A DNA stretch of 61,595 nucleotides, counting the filler. It is 4 parts of 4 records of this genome, joined end to end, with 100 filler letters (N's around TTAATTAATTAA, not from the genome) between each part and the next. Parts side by side here need not be neighbours in the genome. Positions count along the whole stretch, not along the records: positions 27,966 to 38,509 come from SRR31156797_5524; positions 38,610 to 50,146 come from SRR31156797_5527; 2 more parts are not named here. One strand, 5' to 3'. The position numbers and the translations under genes were made by a program. This document shows positions 30,355-39,486 of the stretch, one piece after another. The notes under the pieces were generated by a model. That model was given only the letters and a program-made list of their open reading frames with translations. It was not told the DNA's origin and did no database searches. The first letter of the stretch is position 1; each line of letters starts with the position of its first letter.

Positions 30355-30936
30355 ATGAAAACGATTATTTGGGCGATCTCTCTTACCGTGATCGGATTTA
30401 CTCTGTTGGTTCAACCGGTATCCGCAACCCAGGGAGCGGCGCTTGCACCGGGCCAGGGATATCAGATCGGCACCGGTGATGTGCTGGATATCACCGTGTG
30501 GAAGGATGCGGCACTCACAAAGCAGGTGACCGTGCTTCCCGACGGCACCATTCACTTCCCCCTGGTTGGGGAGATCAATGTCCTTGGCATGACCGTCTCC
30601 GAGCTCAAAAAGACCCTTGAAAAAAAGATCGATCGCTATGTGCCCGATCCCGTGCTCTCGGTGGGCATCCTCCAGGTGAACAGCATGCTCATCTATGTGA
30701 TCGGCAAGGTCAACAAGCCGGGCCGGTTCGTTTTGAATACCAACATCAACGTTCTCCAGGCCCTTGCCATGGCAGGGGGGCTCAATCCCTTTGCCAAGGA
30801 AAAGGATGTGCGGATCTTCCGGGAAAACAACGGTGCTACGGACCAGTTCAAGTTCAATTATGACGAGGTGCGGGAGGGTGAAAAGCTCGAGCAGAACATC
30901 ACCCTCATGCGTGGTGACATCATTGTCGTTCCCTAG
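30355..30936 (+). CDS. Polysaccharide export protein (Wza-like; Poly_export + SLBB)
   Basis: YQIGTGDVLDITVW, VLPDGTIHFPLVG, VIGKVNKPG, GDIIVVP. Confidence 0.9.
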   Translation: MKTIIWAISLTVIGFTLLVQPVSATQGAALAPGQGYQIGTGDVLDITVWKDAALTKQVTVLPDGTIHFPLVGEINVLGMTVSELKKTLEKKIDRYVPDPVLSVGILQVNSMLIYVIGKVNKPGRFVLNTNINVLQALAMAGGLNPFAKEKDVRIFRENNGATDQFKFNYDEVREGEKLEQNITLMRGDIIVVP

Positions 30937-30945
30937 GAGATTGCT

Positions 30946-32202
30946 ATGGTTTCTTTTAGAACATGCATGATCATCCTGGTTGCGGGGCTGCTGCCCTTGA
31001 ACGCCATTGCCGATCCGTTGAAATTTGTCCCCTCCGTCCGTGTGAAACAGGAGTATAACGACAACATCCTGTTTGAAGAATCCGTGGAGGAGGAGGATTT
31101 CATCACCACGGTTTCCCCCTCTTTCACGGTCGACCAGAGGGTGGAACGCCTCCAGGCAAGCCTCCGGGCCGGTGTCGACAAGATCATCTACTGGAAGTTT
31201 GATGAGCTCAATGCCCTGGATATGGATTTTGACGGGAAGCTGCGGTTCCAGTCAACCGAGCGGCTCGGGTTCGGGGTCACGGGGCGGTATGCCGAGGATT
31301 CCCGGCGGGACAGGGAGACCGACCTCACCGGATTGGTGCTGGCGGGTGACCGGGACAGGATAAATATTTCGGTTTTTTCCGATTATCTGGTGAGCGAAAA
31401 GACCAAGGCGACCCTTACCTTGAGCTATTCCGACGACACCATCGAGTCGCCGGATGATGAAGAGAACGAGTATTACAAGGTGGATCTCGCATTTACCCAC
31501 AACCTGTCCCAATGGTTTGACAACACCATGGGGTTGTTGAATTTCTCATACATGAACTATGATTCCGATGACAGGGATCTATATGGCAACAACCCGGTGG
31601 CAGGTATTACCATGGAGTCGAACCAGGCATATGAGTTCGATCTCTGGCAGATGTATGCAGGGTTTTCCAGAAATATCACCGAGCTCTTCAGCGTATATGT
31701 CCAGGCAGGCGCCGGTTACACCCGGTCCGACGAGAGTGTGCGCAGACGATATTTTGCCACCTCTACCGGAAGTGATATTTCCATCCCAACCCGTACCTCG
31801 TCAAGCGATTCCAACTTCAACGGGGTGCTTGTCGCAGGGCTTGATTACAAGGGGTTGTATTATACTGCCGGGTTATCGCTTTCCCATGATGCCCGGGGCT
31901 CATCCGGGGTGAACGGCCTTGTGGAGAGGACCTCTGTGTCGGCGGATCTTTCCAGGAAAATCAGCTCGGAACTGATCGCCACCCTGTCCGGATCCTGTCA
32001 CCTCAACCGCACCGACAGAAGTATCGGCACGGATGAGGACGACCTGACCTACACCGTCCGGACAGGTCTTCGGTACAAGTTCTCCCGGGATTTGACGCTT
32101 TCTGCCTACTACCGGTTCCGCACCCTGGATGAACGGGAAGAAAATGACCAACGGCACCAGAACCTTGTATATTTGATGATAAACAAGACCTTTGAACTAT
32201 AA
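30946..32202 (+). CDS. Outer-membrane beta-barrel protein of EPS export locus
   Basis: Signal peptide, EYNDNI...DFITTVSP, alternating beta-strand pattern; located between wza-like and chain-length genes. Confidence 0.75.
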   Translation: MVSFRTCMIILVAGLLPLNAIADPLKFVPSVRVKQEYNDNILFEESVEEEDFITTVSPSFTVDQRVERLQASLRAGVDKIIYWKFDELNALDMDFDGKLRFQSTERLGFGVTGRYAEDSRRDRETDLTGLVLAGDRDRINISVFSDYLVSEKTKATLTLSYSDDTIESPDDEENEYYKVDLAFTHNLSQWFDNTMGLLNFSYMNYDSDDRDLYGNNPVAGITMESNQAYEFDLWQMYAGFSRNITELFSVYVQAGAGYTRSDESVRRRYFATSTGSDISIPTRTSSSDSNFNGVLVAGLDYKGLYYTAGLSLSHDARGSSGVNGLVERTSVSADLSRKISSELIATLSGSCHLNRTDRSIGTDEDDLTYTVRTGLRYKFSRDLTLSAYYRFRTLDEREENDQRHQNLVYLMINKTFEL

Positions 32203-33783
32203 TTGTTAATGGAGATTCCCATGGAAGAGATTGTCCTAACCCCCTCTGATTATCTGGCCATCCTGAAACGAAGGCTGTGGAGCCTTGTTCTTCCCCTGGT
32301 GCTTGTCGTGCTGGTGGCCGGCTGGGTGGCCCTGCTGCTGCCGGCCATTTACAAATCCACCGCAACCATCCTCATTGAAAAGCAGGAGATCCCTTCGGAA
32401 TACGTCATGTCGAGCATGACAACCTATGCCGAGCAGCGGATCCAGAGCATCAACCAGCGGGTCATGACCTCCTCGAAGCTTTTGGATCTCATCAGGCGGT
32501 TTGATCTTTATCCTGATCTGAGGTCCAAGAAGACCACGGATGAGATCATCGAAAACATGAAAGAGGATATCCACTTTGCGCCGGTGAACGTGGAGGTGGC
32601 AGACCAGCGTTCGGGACGCGCGGTCACCGCCACCATCGCCTTTACCATCTCCTATGAGGGGAAAAACCCCGCCAAGGTCCAGCAGGTGGCCAACACCATC
32701 ACCTCCCTGTTCCTGAAAGAGGATTTGAGCGTGAGGGAACAGCAGGCCGAGGATACCTATTCCTTTCTCGATGATGAGAAGAACAAGGTGAGAAAAGAGC
32801 TGGATGAGTGCGAAAAGAAGATCGCGCTTTTCAAGCGGGAAAATATCGAGAGCCTGCCCGAGGTGTTCCAGGTCAACATGCAGACCCTGAACAGCCTCCA
32901 GCAGAATGTTGAACGGGTCAAGGAGAACCTGCGGTCGCTGCGGGAGCGGGAAGGGTATCTGGAAACCCAGCTTGTTAATGTATCCCCGAACCTTGAGTTT
33001 GACGATGAGGATTCAAAGCGTCTCGAGGCTTTGAAAATGCAACTGATCAATCTCAAGAGTAAATTTTCCGATGAGTATCCGGATGTGGCAAAACTGAAAA
33101 CCGAGATCGCCGAAGTGGAGAAGTCCGTTGCCTCAAGGAAGAAGGAGAAGGCCGGTGTGCCCGACAATCCGGCTTATATCACCCTCTCTTCCCAGCTTTC
33201 CAGCACCCGGACCGATATCGACTCGGTGAAAAATCAGATCAAGGATCTTGATTCCCAGATCCAGGACTACAAGGAGCGCATTGAAGCCACCCCGGCAGTG
33301 GAAGAGGCCTACGGCGCCCTCCTGGCGGACCGGAACAACCTCAAGGGAAAATATGACGACCTCCAGCGAAAATCCATGGAAGCCAAGGTGGCCCAGGGGC
33401 TCCAGGCGGAACAGAAAGGGGAGCGCTTCACCTTGATCGAGCCGGCAAGAAGGGCTGAAAAACCCTTCAAGCCCAACCGGCTTGCCATCGTCCTCATCGG
33501 CATTGTGCTGGGACTGGGGGCCGGGGTGGGATACGCCTCCCTGCGGGAGTTTGCCGACTCATCCTTCAGGGATCCTGAGGGCCTCATGCGGCTGACCGGC
33601 TTTTCGGTATTGACAGTGATCCCCGAAATCGTGACCCAGAAGGACAAGGCCGCAAAGACGAAAAAACGGATTTTGATCCTGGCGGTCCTGGCCGTGAGCG
33701 TCATTGTCTCCATCTTTCTGTTTGACATGTTTGTGATGGATCTTGACGTGCTCTGGGCAAAAATTCTTCGCAAAATTTCCTAG
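32203..33783 (+). CDS. Polysaccharide chain-length determinant (GumC/Wzz-Wzc N-half)
   Basis: Two TM regions flanking a coiled coil; YKSTATILI, YPDV, KPFKPNR. Confidence 0.88.
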   Translation: MLMEIPMEEIVLTPSDYLAILKRRLWSLVLPLVLVVLVAGWVALLLPAIYKSTATILIEKQEIPSEYVMSSMTTYAEQRIQSINQRVMTSSKLLDLIRRFDLYPDLRSKKTTDEIIENMKEDIHFAPVNVEVADQRSGRAVTATIAFTISYEGKNPAKVQQVANTITSLFLKEDLSVREQQAEDTYSFLDDEKNKVRKELDECEKKIALFKRENIESLPEVFQVNMQTLNSLQQNVERVKENLRSLREREGYLETQLVNVSPNLEFDDEDSKRLEALKMQLINLKSKFSDEYPDVAKLKTEIAEVEKSVASRKKEKAGVPDNPAYITLSSQLSSTRTDIDSVKNQIKDLDSQIQDYKERIEATPAVEEAYGALLADRNNLKGKYDDLQRKSMEAKVAQGLQAEQKGERFTLIEPARRAEKPFKPNRLAIVLIGIVLGLGAGVGYASLREFADSSFRDPEGLMRLTGFSVLTVIPEIVTQKDKAAKTKKRILILAVLAVSVIVSIFLFDMFVMDLDVLWAKILRKIS

Positions 33784-33813
33784 TATCCGGAATTATGAAT
33801 AAGGAACAGCGTA

Positions 33814-34590
33814 ATGAAACTTAGAAAAGCACTTGATAAAGCCAAAGATAACCGGGCCCATGCGGCCGAGCCTGCCGGCAGTTCCGCGACAGACACCGGC
33901 AACGGGTGGACGGCGCCGGTGTACACGGAGTCCCGGTCCTACAAAGTCGATCTCAAGGTGGTTGAGGAGAACCGGGGGGTCTGCATGATGCCGGATGCCG
34001 CCGAGATCCAGCGATACAAAATCCTGAGGACCCGGATCCAGCAGCAGACAAAGGGCAGGGGACTCAACACCATCATGGTCACAAGTCCCAACAAGCGGGA
34101 GGGCAAGACCGTCACCTGTATCAACATGGCCTTCACCTTTGCACGGGAGCTCAACCAGACCGTGCTGCTGGTGGACTGCGATTTCACCGGCCAGGATATC
34201 CACCGGTACCTTGGTATTCAGAGCTCCGCAAGCCTGGTGGACTATTTTGTTAATGATGTGCCCTTGAATGAGCTTATCATCTGGCCCGGCATTGAAAAGC
34301 TCAGTCTCATCTCAGGTAACAGGACCGTCACCGACAGTTCCGAGCTGCTCTCCTCTCCCTTGATGAAGGAGGCGGTGGCGGATATGAAGAACCGGTACGA
34401 TGACCGGTACGTCCTCTTTGATGCCCCGCCGGTGCTGGAACATGCCGATGCCATCTCCCTGGCTCCCCTGGTTGACGGGGTGATCATGGTGATAGAGGCC
34501 GGCGTCACCTCAAAGCGGGATGTTCAGCGGGCCGTTGATATGATTCCCAGGGAGAAGTTCCTTGGTTTTGTCCTGAACCGGCAGAAATAA
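33814..34590 (+). CDS. BY-kinase (CpsD/CapB-type protein tyrosine kinase)
   Basis: VTSPNKREGKT Walker A, LLVDCD, LFDAPP, LGFVLN. Confidence 0.88.
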   Translation: MKLRKALDKAKDNRAHAAEPAGSSATDTGNGWTAPVYTESRSYKVDLKVVEENRGVCMMPDAAEIQRYKILRTRIQQQTKGRGLNTIMVTSPNKREGKTVTCINMAFTFARELNQTVLLVDCDFTGQDIHRYLGIQSSASLVDYFVNDVPLNELIIWPGIEKLSLISGNRTVTDSSELLSSPLMKEAVADMKNRYDDRYVLFDAPPVLEHADAISLAPLVDGVIMVIEAGVTSKRDVQRAVDMIPREKFLGFVLNRQK

Positions 34591-34592
34591 CC

Positions 34593-35690
34593 ATGTACAC
34601 AGAGTTTTACGGGTTTAAGGAAAAACCGTTCCACCTGGTGCCCAACCCGGCCTATCTCTATCTGAGTCCGCGCCATGAAAACGCCCTGACTTACCTGGAG
34701 TACGGCCTTGCCGAAAAGGTCGGGTTCATCATGCTCACCGGCGAGATCGGCATGGGCAAGACCACCCTTGTCAGGCATATCCTGAACGATATCGAGGCCG
34801 ACATGGATGTGGCCGTCATCTTCAACACCAACGTGCTGTCCGATGATCTCATCTCCCTGATCCTCACGGAATTCGAGATCGAGCATGATCCCCGGATCAC
34901 CAAGGTGAAAGCCCTGGATTTATTCTACGAGTTCCTGATAGGGAAGTATGCGGCGGGACGCAAGGTGCTTCTCATCATTGACGAGGCCCAGAACCTCACC
35001 GACGAAGTGCTGGAGGAGATCCGGATGCTCTCCAACCTTCAGACGGATGAGGACATGCTGCTTCAGATCATGATCGTGGGGCAGCCGGAGCTCAGGCAGA
35101 AGATCGAGAGTCCACGGCTCGAGCAGTTTGCCCAGCGCATCGCCGTGAGCTACCACCTTTCGCCCATGGAGAGGGATGAGACCCGCTGCTATATTTCACA
35201 CCGGTTGAAAAAGGCCGGGGGCAGGGAGGACCTTTTCGATGACAGCGCCGTGGAGATGATCTTTGAGGCTGCGGAAGGTATTCCCAGGCGGGTGAATCTC
35301 CTGTGTGACGCCGCCCTGGTCTACGGCTTTGCCGACAATGCCGAAACCATCACCGACACCATCGTCTCCCAGGTGATCCAAGACAAGGGGGGCATGGGGA
35401 TCATCGACAGTAAGAGTGCACCGATTCCCCTGACGGACATGGTGGATGAGGGGACGGACTCCGATCTCTCGCGACGGTTGTCAACCGTTGAAGACACCCT
35501 TGCCCAGCTCCAGGCCCGGATGACCTTCCAGGTGGAGGCCCTGGAAAAGCGGGAAAAAGACGCCAAGGATGAGCTGATTGCCAAGCTCCACCGCATGCTT
35601 GCGGCCGAACGCAAGATCAGCATGAAGCTTACCTACGATTATGGACGGCTCAAGGAAAAATACCTTGTTCTGAAAAATAAATCCAATTAA
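34593..35690 (+). CDS. ExeA-like AAA ATPase associated with PEP-CTERM/exosortase loci
   Basis: MYTEFYGFKEKPF, GEIGMGKTT, IIDEAQNL, GQPEL, GIPRRVNLLCD. Confidence 0.9.
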   Translation: MYTEFYGFKEKPFHLVPNPAYLYLSPRHENALTYLEYGLAEKVGFIMLTGEIGMGKTTLVRHILNDIEADMDVAVIFNTNVLSDDLISLILTEFEIEHDPRITKVKALDLFYEFLIGKYAAGRKVLLIIDEAQNLTDEVLEEIRMLSNLQTDEDMLLQIMIVGQPELRQKIESPRLEQFAQRIAVSYHLSPMERDETRCYISHRLKKAGGREDLFDDSAVEMIFEAAEGIPRRVNLLCDAALVYGFADNAETITDTIVSQVIQDKGGMGIIDSKSAPIPLTDMVDEGTDSDLSRRLSTVEDTLAQLQARMTFQVEALEKREKDAKDELIAKLHRMLAAERKISMKLTYDYGRLKEKYLVLKNKSN

Positions 35691-35795
35691 GTGTGTGAAA
35701 ATTTATTCCTATATATAGGTTGAAAACTACATAGGTCGCAGAGGATTGTAACCATAATTTCATAGAAATATGGTTATTGTTGCCGTTTTTGTGGC

Positions 35796-35811
35796 TGGTA
35801 CAAAAATTGCA
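35796..35811 (+). promoter_or_regulatory. Sigma54 (-24/-12) promoter upstream of PEP-CTERM gene
   Basis: TGGTAC-AAAAA-TTGCA has the canonical GG-N10-GC spacing. Confidence 0.75.
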
Positions 35812-35883
35812 CTGTATCGTGTAGTTTCGCGGTTTAGCGATTTTGGTAGTAAAACTAATCAACCTTTTTATGGGAGGATTTTG

Positions 35884-36441
35884 ATGAAAATGTTCAAACG
35901 GCTGACGTGGTTTCTTTTTGTTGCTCTCTTTCTTTTAGTCGGTGGTGCGGCTTCTGCTTCGACGGTTATAAACCCGCCGCTAATGAAGTATAACGGTGCC
36001 TGGCTGCCTGATAGTGATAATGATATCCTGGCTTTCAAAGTGCCTGGTCATAGTATTGGGTTAAGTCTTTATGATTGGGGTAATCCAGGAGAATTATTGA
36101 ATCTGGCACCATCAATGCTGATCATGGAGAGCGTTGCAGGGGTTGGGATTCTTAAGTTAAGGTTTGATCAAGATGGGAGCGGCAATTGGTTCTTGACGGA
36201 TTTGCTTGACAATAGACTATCCTTGGGGGATTCAAGAGAATTCGGTATCAGTTTAGGCGGATCTTTTGAGTACAATGTCGCAGAAACCCCCGAACATGAT
36301 GTGTTTGTCCTTTATAATGATAATAACAGGGTGTATGTCCTGAATGACGTCACTCCTTTGGCCGCGCCCATTCCTACTGCCTTAATTCTTTTTGGCAGCG
36401 GGCTCCTGGGCCTTGTGGGACTGAAACGTAAGAACTATTAA
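35884..36441 (+). CDS. PEP-CTERM-type (PIPT variant) sorting-domain protein
   Basis: GGAGGA RBS before ATG 35884; signal peptide; C-terminal APIPTALILFGSGLLGLVGLKRKNY. Confidence 0.85.
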   Translation: MKMFKRLTWFLFVALFLLVGGAASASTVINPPLMKYNGAWLPDSDNDILAFKVPGHSIGLSLYDWGNPGELLNLAPSMLIMESVAGVGILKLRFDQDGSGNWFLTDLLDNRLSLGDSREFGISLGGSFEYNVAETPEHDVFVLYNDNNRVYVLNDVTPLAAPIPTALILFGSGLLGLVGLKRKNY

Positions 36442-36471
36442 GCCCACCGTTTTAGGTTCAAGAAAAACAGA

Positions 36472-36512
36472 CACCCTGGGTGGTCATGGTACGTGACCAC
36501 CCAGGATGTTTT
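36472..36512. terminator. Terminator hairpin between convergent genes
   Basis: cctgggtggtca...tgaccacccagg followed by T-run. Confidence 0.7.
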
Positions 36513-37039
36513 TATTTGTAGTACCGGTCCTTTTCACTGTAGATGCAGCCGCAGTACTGCTGGCGGTACATCTCCAGGCGTTTTGATTCTTCTATTCCCT
36601 GTTTCCAGCCCTCCCGGAAATCCCGGTACACGAATTTGATTCCCTCTTTCCTGGCGATGGCCTCGGCGGTCTCACAGATAAGTTTGTGGTTCTGGAACTT
36701 GCTGTAGAGAAGGGTCGAGGAGAACCCGTCAAATTTTCCTTTTTTGGCAATCTTGGCCGTTGCCTTGAGGCGGTCGTAATAGCAGAACCGGCACCGGTCC
36801 GCTTCCCGGAACGCCACGGATCGAAGAAAGCGTTCCAGCTCATACCCCTTCTGCCAGATCATTCCAAGCCCCTGGGCCTCGGCGTATGCCTTCAGGGTCT
36901 CTTCCCGTTTCATGCATTCTGTCAGGGGGTGGATGTTGTGGCGATAGAAGAATCCCATCACCTCCATGCCCTCTTGTCTCAGCACCTCAAGGGGATAGAT
37001 GGTGCAGGGGCCGCAGCAGCAGTGTAAAAGGATCTTCAA
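36512..37039 (-). CDS. queH: Epoxyqueuosine reductase QueH (DUF208)
   Basis: LLHCCCGPC, NIHP, RCRFCY, MYRQQYCGCIYS. Confidence 0.9.
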   Translation of the reverse strand: MKILLHCCCGPCTIYPLEVLRQEGMEVMGFFYRHNIHPLTECMKREETLKAYAEAQGLGMIWQKGYELERFLRSVAFREADRCRFCYYDRLKATAKIAKKGKFDGFSSTLLYSKFQNHKLICETAEAIARKEGIKFVYRDFREGWKQGIEESKRLEMYRQQYCGCIYSEKDRYYK

Positions 37040-37728
37040 TCTCTCTCTCCGAAAATGGCGGTTCCGATTCTCACCATGGTGGCGCCCTCTGCAATGGCCA
37101 CCCTGAAATCCCCGCTCATGCCCATGGAAAGGTGGTCCATGGAGATTTTCGGGATCTTCTCCCGTTCAATGACGGATTTTATCCCGGCCATGGCCTTGAA
37201 GAAGGGACGTGCCTTTTCCGGGGCGTCAAAAAACGGGGGCATGCCCATGAGTCCCCTTACGGAGACATTTTCAAGGGGGGAGATCTCTTTCACAAGGGCC
37301 AGGGCGTCGTCTGCGCCGGTTCCGGATTTGGACGCCTCCTGGCTGATGTTGATCTGGATCAGGATCTTCTGGATCTTGCCGATCTTCTTTGCCTGCTTGT
37401 CGATTTCCCGTGCAAGCTTCAGGGAGTCCACCGTATGGATCAGGTCAAAGTGCTTTACGGCAAAGCGCGCCTTGTTGGACTGAAGGTGGCCGATGAAGTG
37501 CCAGACCGCGGGAATCTCTCCCAGGGTCTCGATCTTGTCAATGGCCTCCTGGATGTAGTTTTCACCGAGAATGGCGACCCCTGCATCCACAGCCTCTTTT
37601 ACCAATGCCGCACTCTTTCTCTTGCTGACGCTGACAAGGTGGACCTCGTCGGGGTTGCGGTTCGCTGCCCTGGCGGCGCTCCGGATCTCATCCTGTATGG
37701 TCAGTAGTCGGTTTTTAATGTCATTCAT
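37036..37728 (-). CDS. yggS: PLP homeostasis protein YggS/PLPBP
   Basis: LVSVSK, GENYIQE, WHFIGHLQSNK, LSMGMSGDF, VRIGTAIFG. Confidence 0.95.
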   Translation of the reverse strand: MNDIKNRLLTIQDEIRSAARAANRNPDEVHLVSVSKRKSAALVKEAVDAGVAILGENYIQEAIDKIETLGEIPAVWHFIGHLQSNKARFAVKHFDLIHTVDSLKLAREIDKQAKKIGKIQKILIQINISQEASKSGTGADDALALVKEISPLENVSVRGLMGMPPFFDAPEKARPFFKAMAGIKSVIEREKIPKISMDHLSMGMSGDFRVAIAEGATMVRIGTAIFGERD

Positions 37729-37740
37729 GGTTTTTGGGTT

Positions 37741-38352
37741 CTATTTATTAGGGGTTGATTCGTTGTTTGGGGAAAGGGTGATCACCCCTTGTGCCAGGAG
37801 AATTTCGATCACCTCGCAAACGGGAAGGCCGACAACGTTGGTGTAGGAGCCGTTGATGCTTTTTACCAGAAAGGTGCCAAGCCCCTGGATCGCATAGGCC
37901 CCAGCCTTGTCAAAGGGCTCGTCCGTACCCACGTACCACTGGATCTCCTGGTCAGATAGCTCCTTGAACTTCACCTCGGTGGTGACAGCCCGGGTGATGG
38001 TCTTGCCCTCGTTGCCGCAGCACAGGGTAAAACCGGTGTAGACCGTATGGGTACGATTGCTCAACCGCTTGAGCATGGCAGCGGCATGGTCGATGGAATC
38101 CGGTTTTTCAAGGATTTTGTCATCGATCACCACCACGGTGTCGGCCCCCAGGGTCCAGGCCTCCGGGTGGCGGGCGGCCACGAACCGGGCCTTTTCCATG
38201 GATAACCGTTTCACATAGGCTTCGGGTGATTCCGAACCCAGCATCTTCTCTTCGATGTCTGCCGGCTCCACAGTAAACCGGATGCCCGCCTGCTCGAGCA
38301 GGTACTTTCTCCGGGGGGACTGGGACGCCAGAATTAGTTTTTTTGTATTCAT
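37741..38352 (-). CDS. maf: Maf nucleoside triphosphate pyrophosphatase
   Basis: LILASQSPRR, GADTVV, KAGAYAIQG, NVVGLP. Confidence 0.95.
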   Translation of the reverse strand: MNTKKLILASQSPRRKYLLEQAGIRFTVEPADIEEKMLGSESPEAYVKRLSMEKARFVAARHPEAWTLGADTVVVIDDKILEKPDSIDHAAAMLKRLSNRTHTVYTGFTLCCGNEGKTITRAVTTEVKFKELSDQEIQWYVGTDEPFDKAGAYAIQGLGTFLVKSINGSYTNVVGLPVCEVIEILLAQGVITLSPNNESTPNK

Positions 38353-38480
38353 GGGACACTCTTTTACCAGAACCGGTTTTCCCTTACAAGGGGGTTCTCC
38401 CTTTGCCTGTTTTTTTTAGTCGATTTTCAAGAATTTTGCTTGCAATATTCTGACGCATACTATATTAATACCCCTGATTT

Positions 38481-38509
38481 GCCTGGGTGGCGGAACTGGT
38501 AGACGCAAG
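38481..38509 (+). tRNA. 5' part of a tRNA, probably tRNA-Leu (truncated by contig end)
   Basis: GCCTGGGTGGCGGAACTGGTAGACGCAAG has a Leu-type acceptor and D-arm; anticodon not visible. Confidence 0.8.
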
Positions 38510-38609
38510 NNNNNNNNNNNNNNNNNNNNNNNNNNNNNNNNNNNNNNNNNNNNTTAATTAATTAANNNNNNNNNNNNNNNNNNNNNNNNNNNNNNNNNNN
38601 NNNNNNNNN
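38510..38609. other. Artificial contig-joining linker
   Basis: N-run, TTAATTAATTAA, N-run. Confidence 0.98.
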
Positions 38610-38680
38610 GAGGAACCGGATGCGGGAAAACCGCACGTCTGGATCTGTGCGCTGGGTAACTGACGTTGTTGGCGTGAGAG
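38610..38680 (+). mobile_element. Group II intron 3' remnant (domain V plus degenerate domain VI)
   Basis: GAGGAACCGGATGCGGGAAAACCGCACGTCTGGATCTGTGCG resembles domain V (GCGG-GAAA tetraloop hairpin, AC bulge); the following sequence resembles a decayed domain VI. Confidence 0.7.
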
Positions 38681-38696
38681 CTGAGGAGGAACCGGA

Positions 38697-39263
38697 ATGT
38701 CAGATCCAAATTGGCTTGTGCAAATTATTATAGGAGCGTTTTTAGGGTTGATGGCCCCTTATAGTGTACGACTAATACAATGGCCATTCAAGAGATTAAG
38801 GCCACATGTTTTGAAGGATAACTGGTGGCTATACCACTTTTCTGAAATTGAAAGTGAACCCAAACTGATTGAATCCGAGTGTATAATATCTACCGGCCTT
38901 AGTAGCAAGTTAAAATTCAACACCAAACAAACGCAGACTGGTTTGTGCTACAAAGGAATAGTAAAGTTGGAAGATGGTTCGGCACAATTTCTCCTTGTCG
39001 GTAATTCAGCAGATTACCATCACGACGAGCATACCATTTTTCGGTTTTATCTTCCCTTAAGATCGGTCAAGAACTTAGTAGGAGGAGTACATGTTTCGTA
39101 TAGTCATGACAAAAACCCATACGCAGCAACTGCAATATTAAGCACTTCACAGCTATCTCCAGAACAAGCAGAAAAAGAGTTACAAAGTCGTTCAAAACGA
39201 CCTGACGGAAAATCAATGATCGTCGTACGGAAAACGAATTATAAGAACAGCGAATGGGGATAG
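38697..39263 (+). CDS. Hypothetical protein with N-terminal TM helix and beta-rich soluble domain (AT-rich accessory gene)
   Basis: GAGGAG RBS; WLVQIIIGAFLGLMAPY hydrophobic segment; lower GC than, and opposite orientation to, the neighbouring phage genes. Confidence 0.7.
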   Translation: MSDPNWLVQIIIGAFLGLMAPYSVRLIQWPFKRLRPHVLKDNWWLYHFSEIESEPKLIESECIISTGLSSKLKFNTKQTQTGLCYKGIVKLEDGSAQFLLVGNSADYHHDEHTIFRFYLPLRSVKNLVGGVHVSYSHDKNPYAATAILSTSQLSPEQAEKELQSRSKRPDGKSMIVVRKTNYKNSEWG

Positions 39264-39288
39264 GACTCCCAATCACTAAGGAGCCCTA
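39261..39288. terminator. Hairpin between the convergent accessory gene and phage genes
   Basis: taggactcc...ggagcccta imperfect inverted repeat. Confidence 0.4.
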
Positions 39289-39330
39289 CCACACCGCCAA
39301 CAAAGCTTGCGGTATCTGATTCCGTTAAAG

Positions 39331-39486
39331 TTAACATTCCTTTGGTTCGGACACTCGGCACAGGCAGTCCTTACTACCACCTTCAACATGCAGTCGTCCA
39401 TTTTGTATTGATATGGTGGACCCACAGGAGCTACACACCAGTGGCCCACATAGGACACACGCCTCATAGACGCTGTGGTTATCCAT
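39331..39486 (-). CDS. Small Cys-rich phage protein (51 aa, not in ORF track)
   Basis: GGAGG RBS; MDNHSVYEACVLCGPLVCSSCGTTISIQNGRLHVEGGSKDCLCRVSEPKEC*; start overlaps the DUF5664 stop. Confidence 0.6.
   Translation of the reverse strand: MDNHSVYEACVLCGPLVCSSCGSTISIQNGRLHVEGGSKDCLCRVSEPKEC

Noticed and set aside
38610-39263. Retron, DGR or intact group II intron
   Set aside because: No reverse transcriptase ORF and no template/variable repeat pair on this contig; only an intron 3' remnant.
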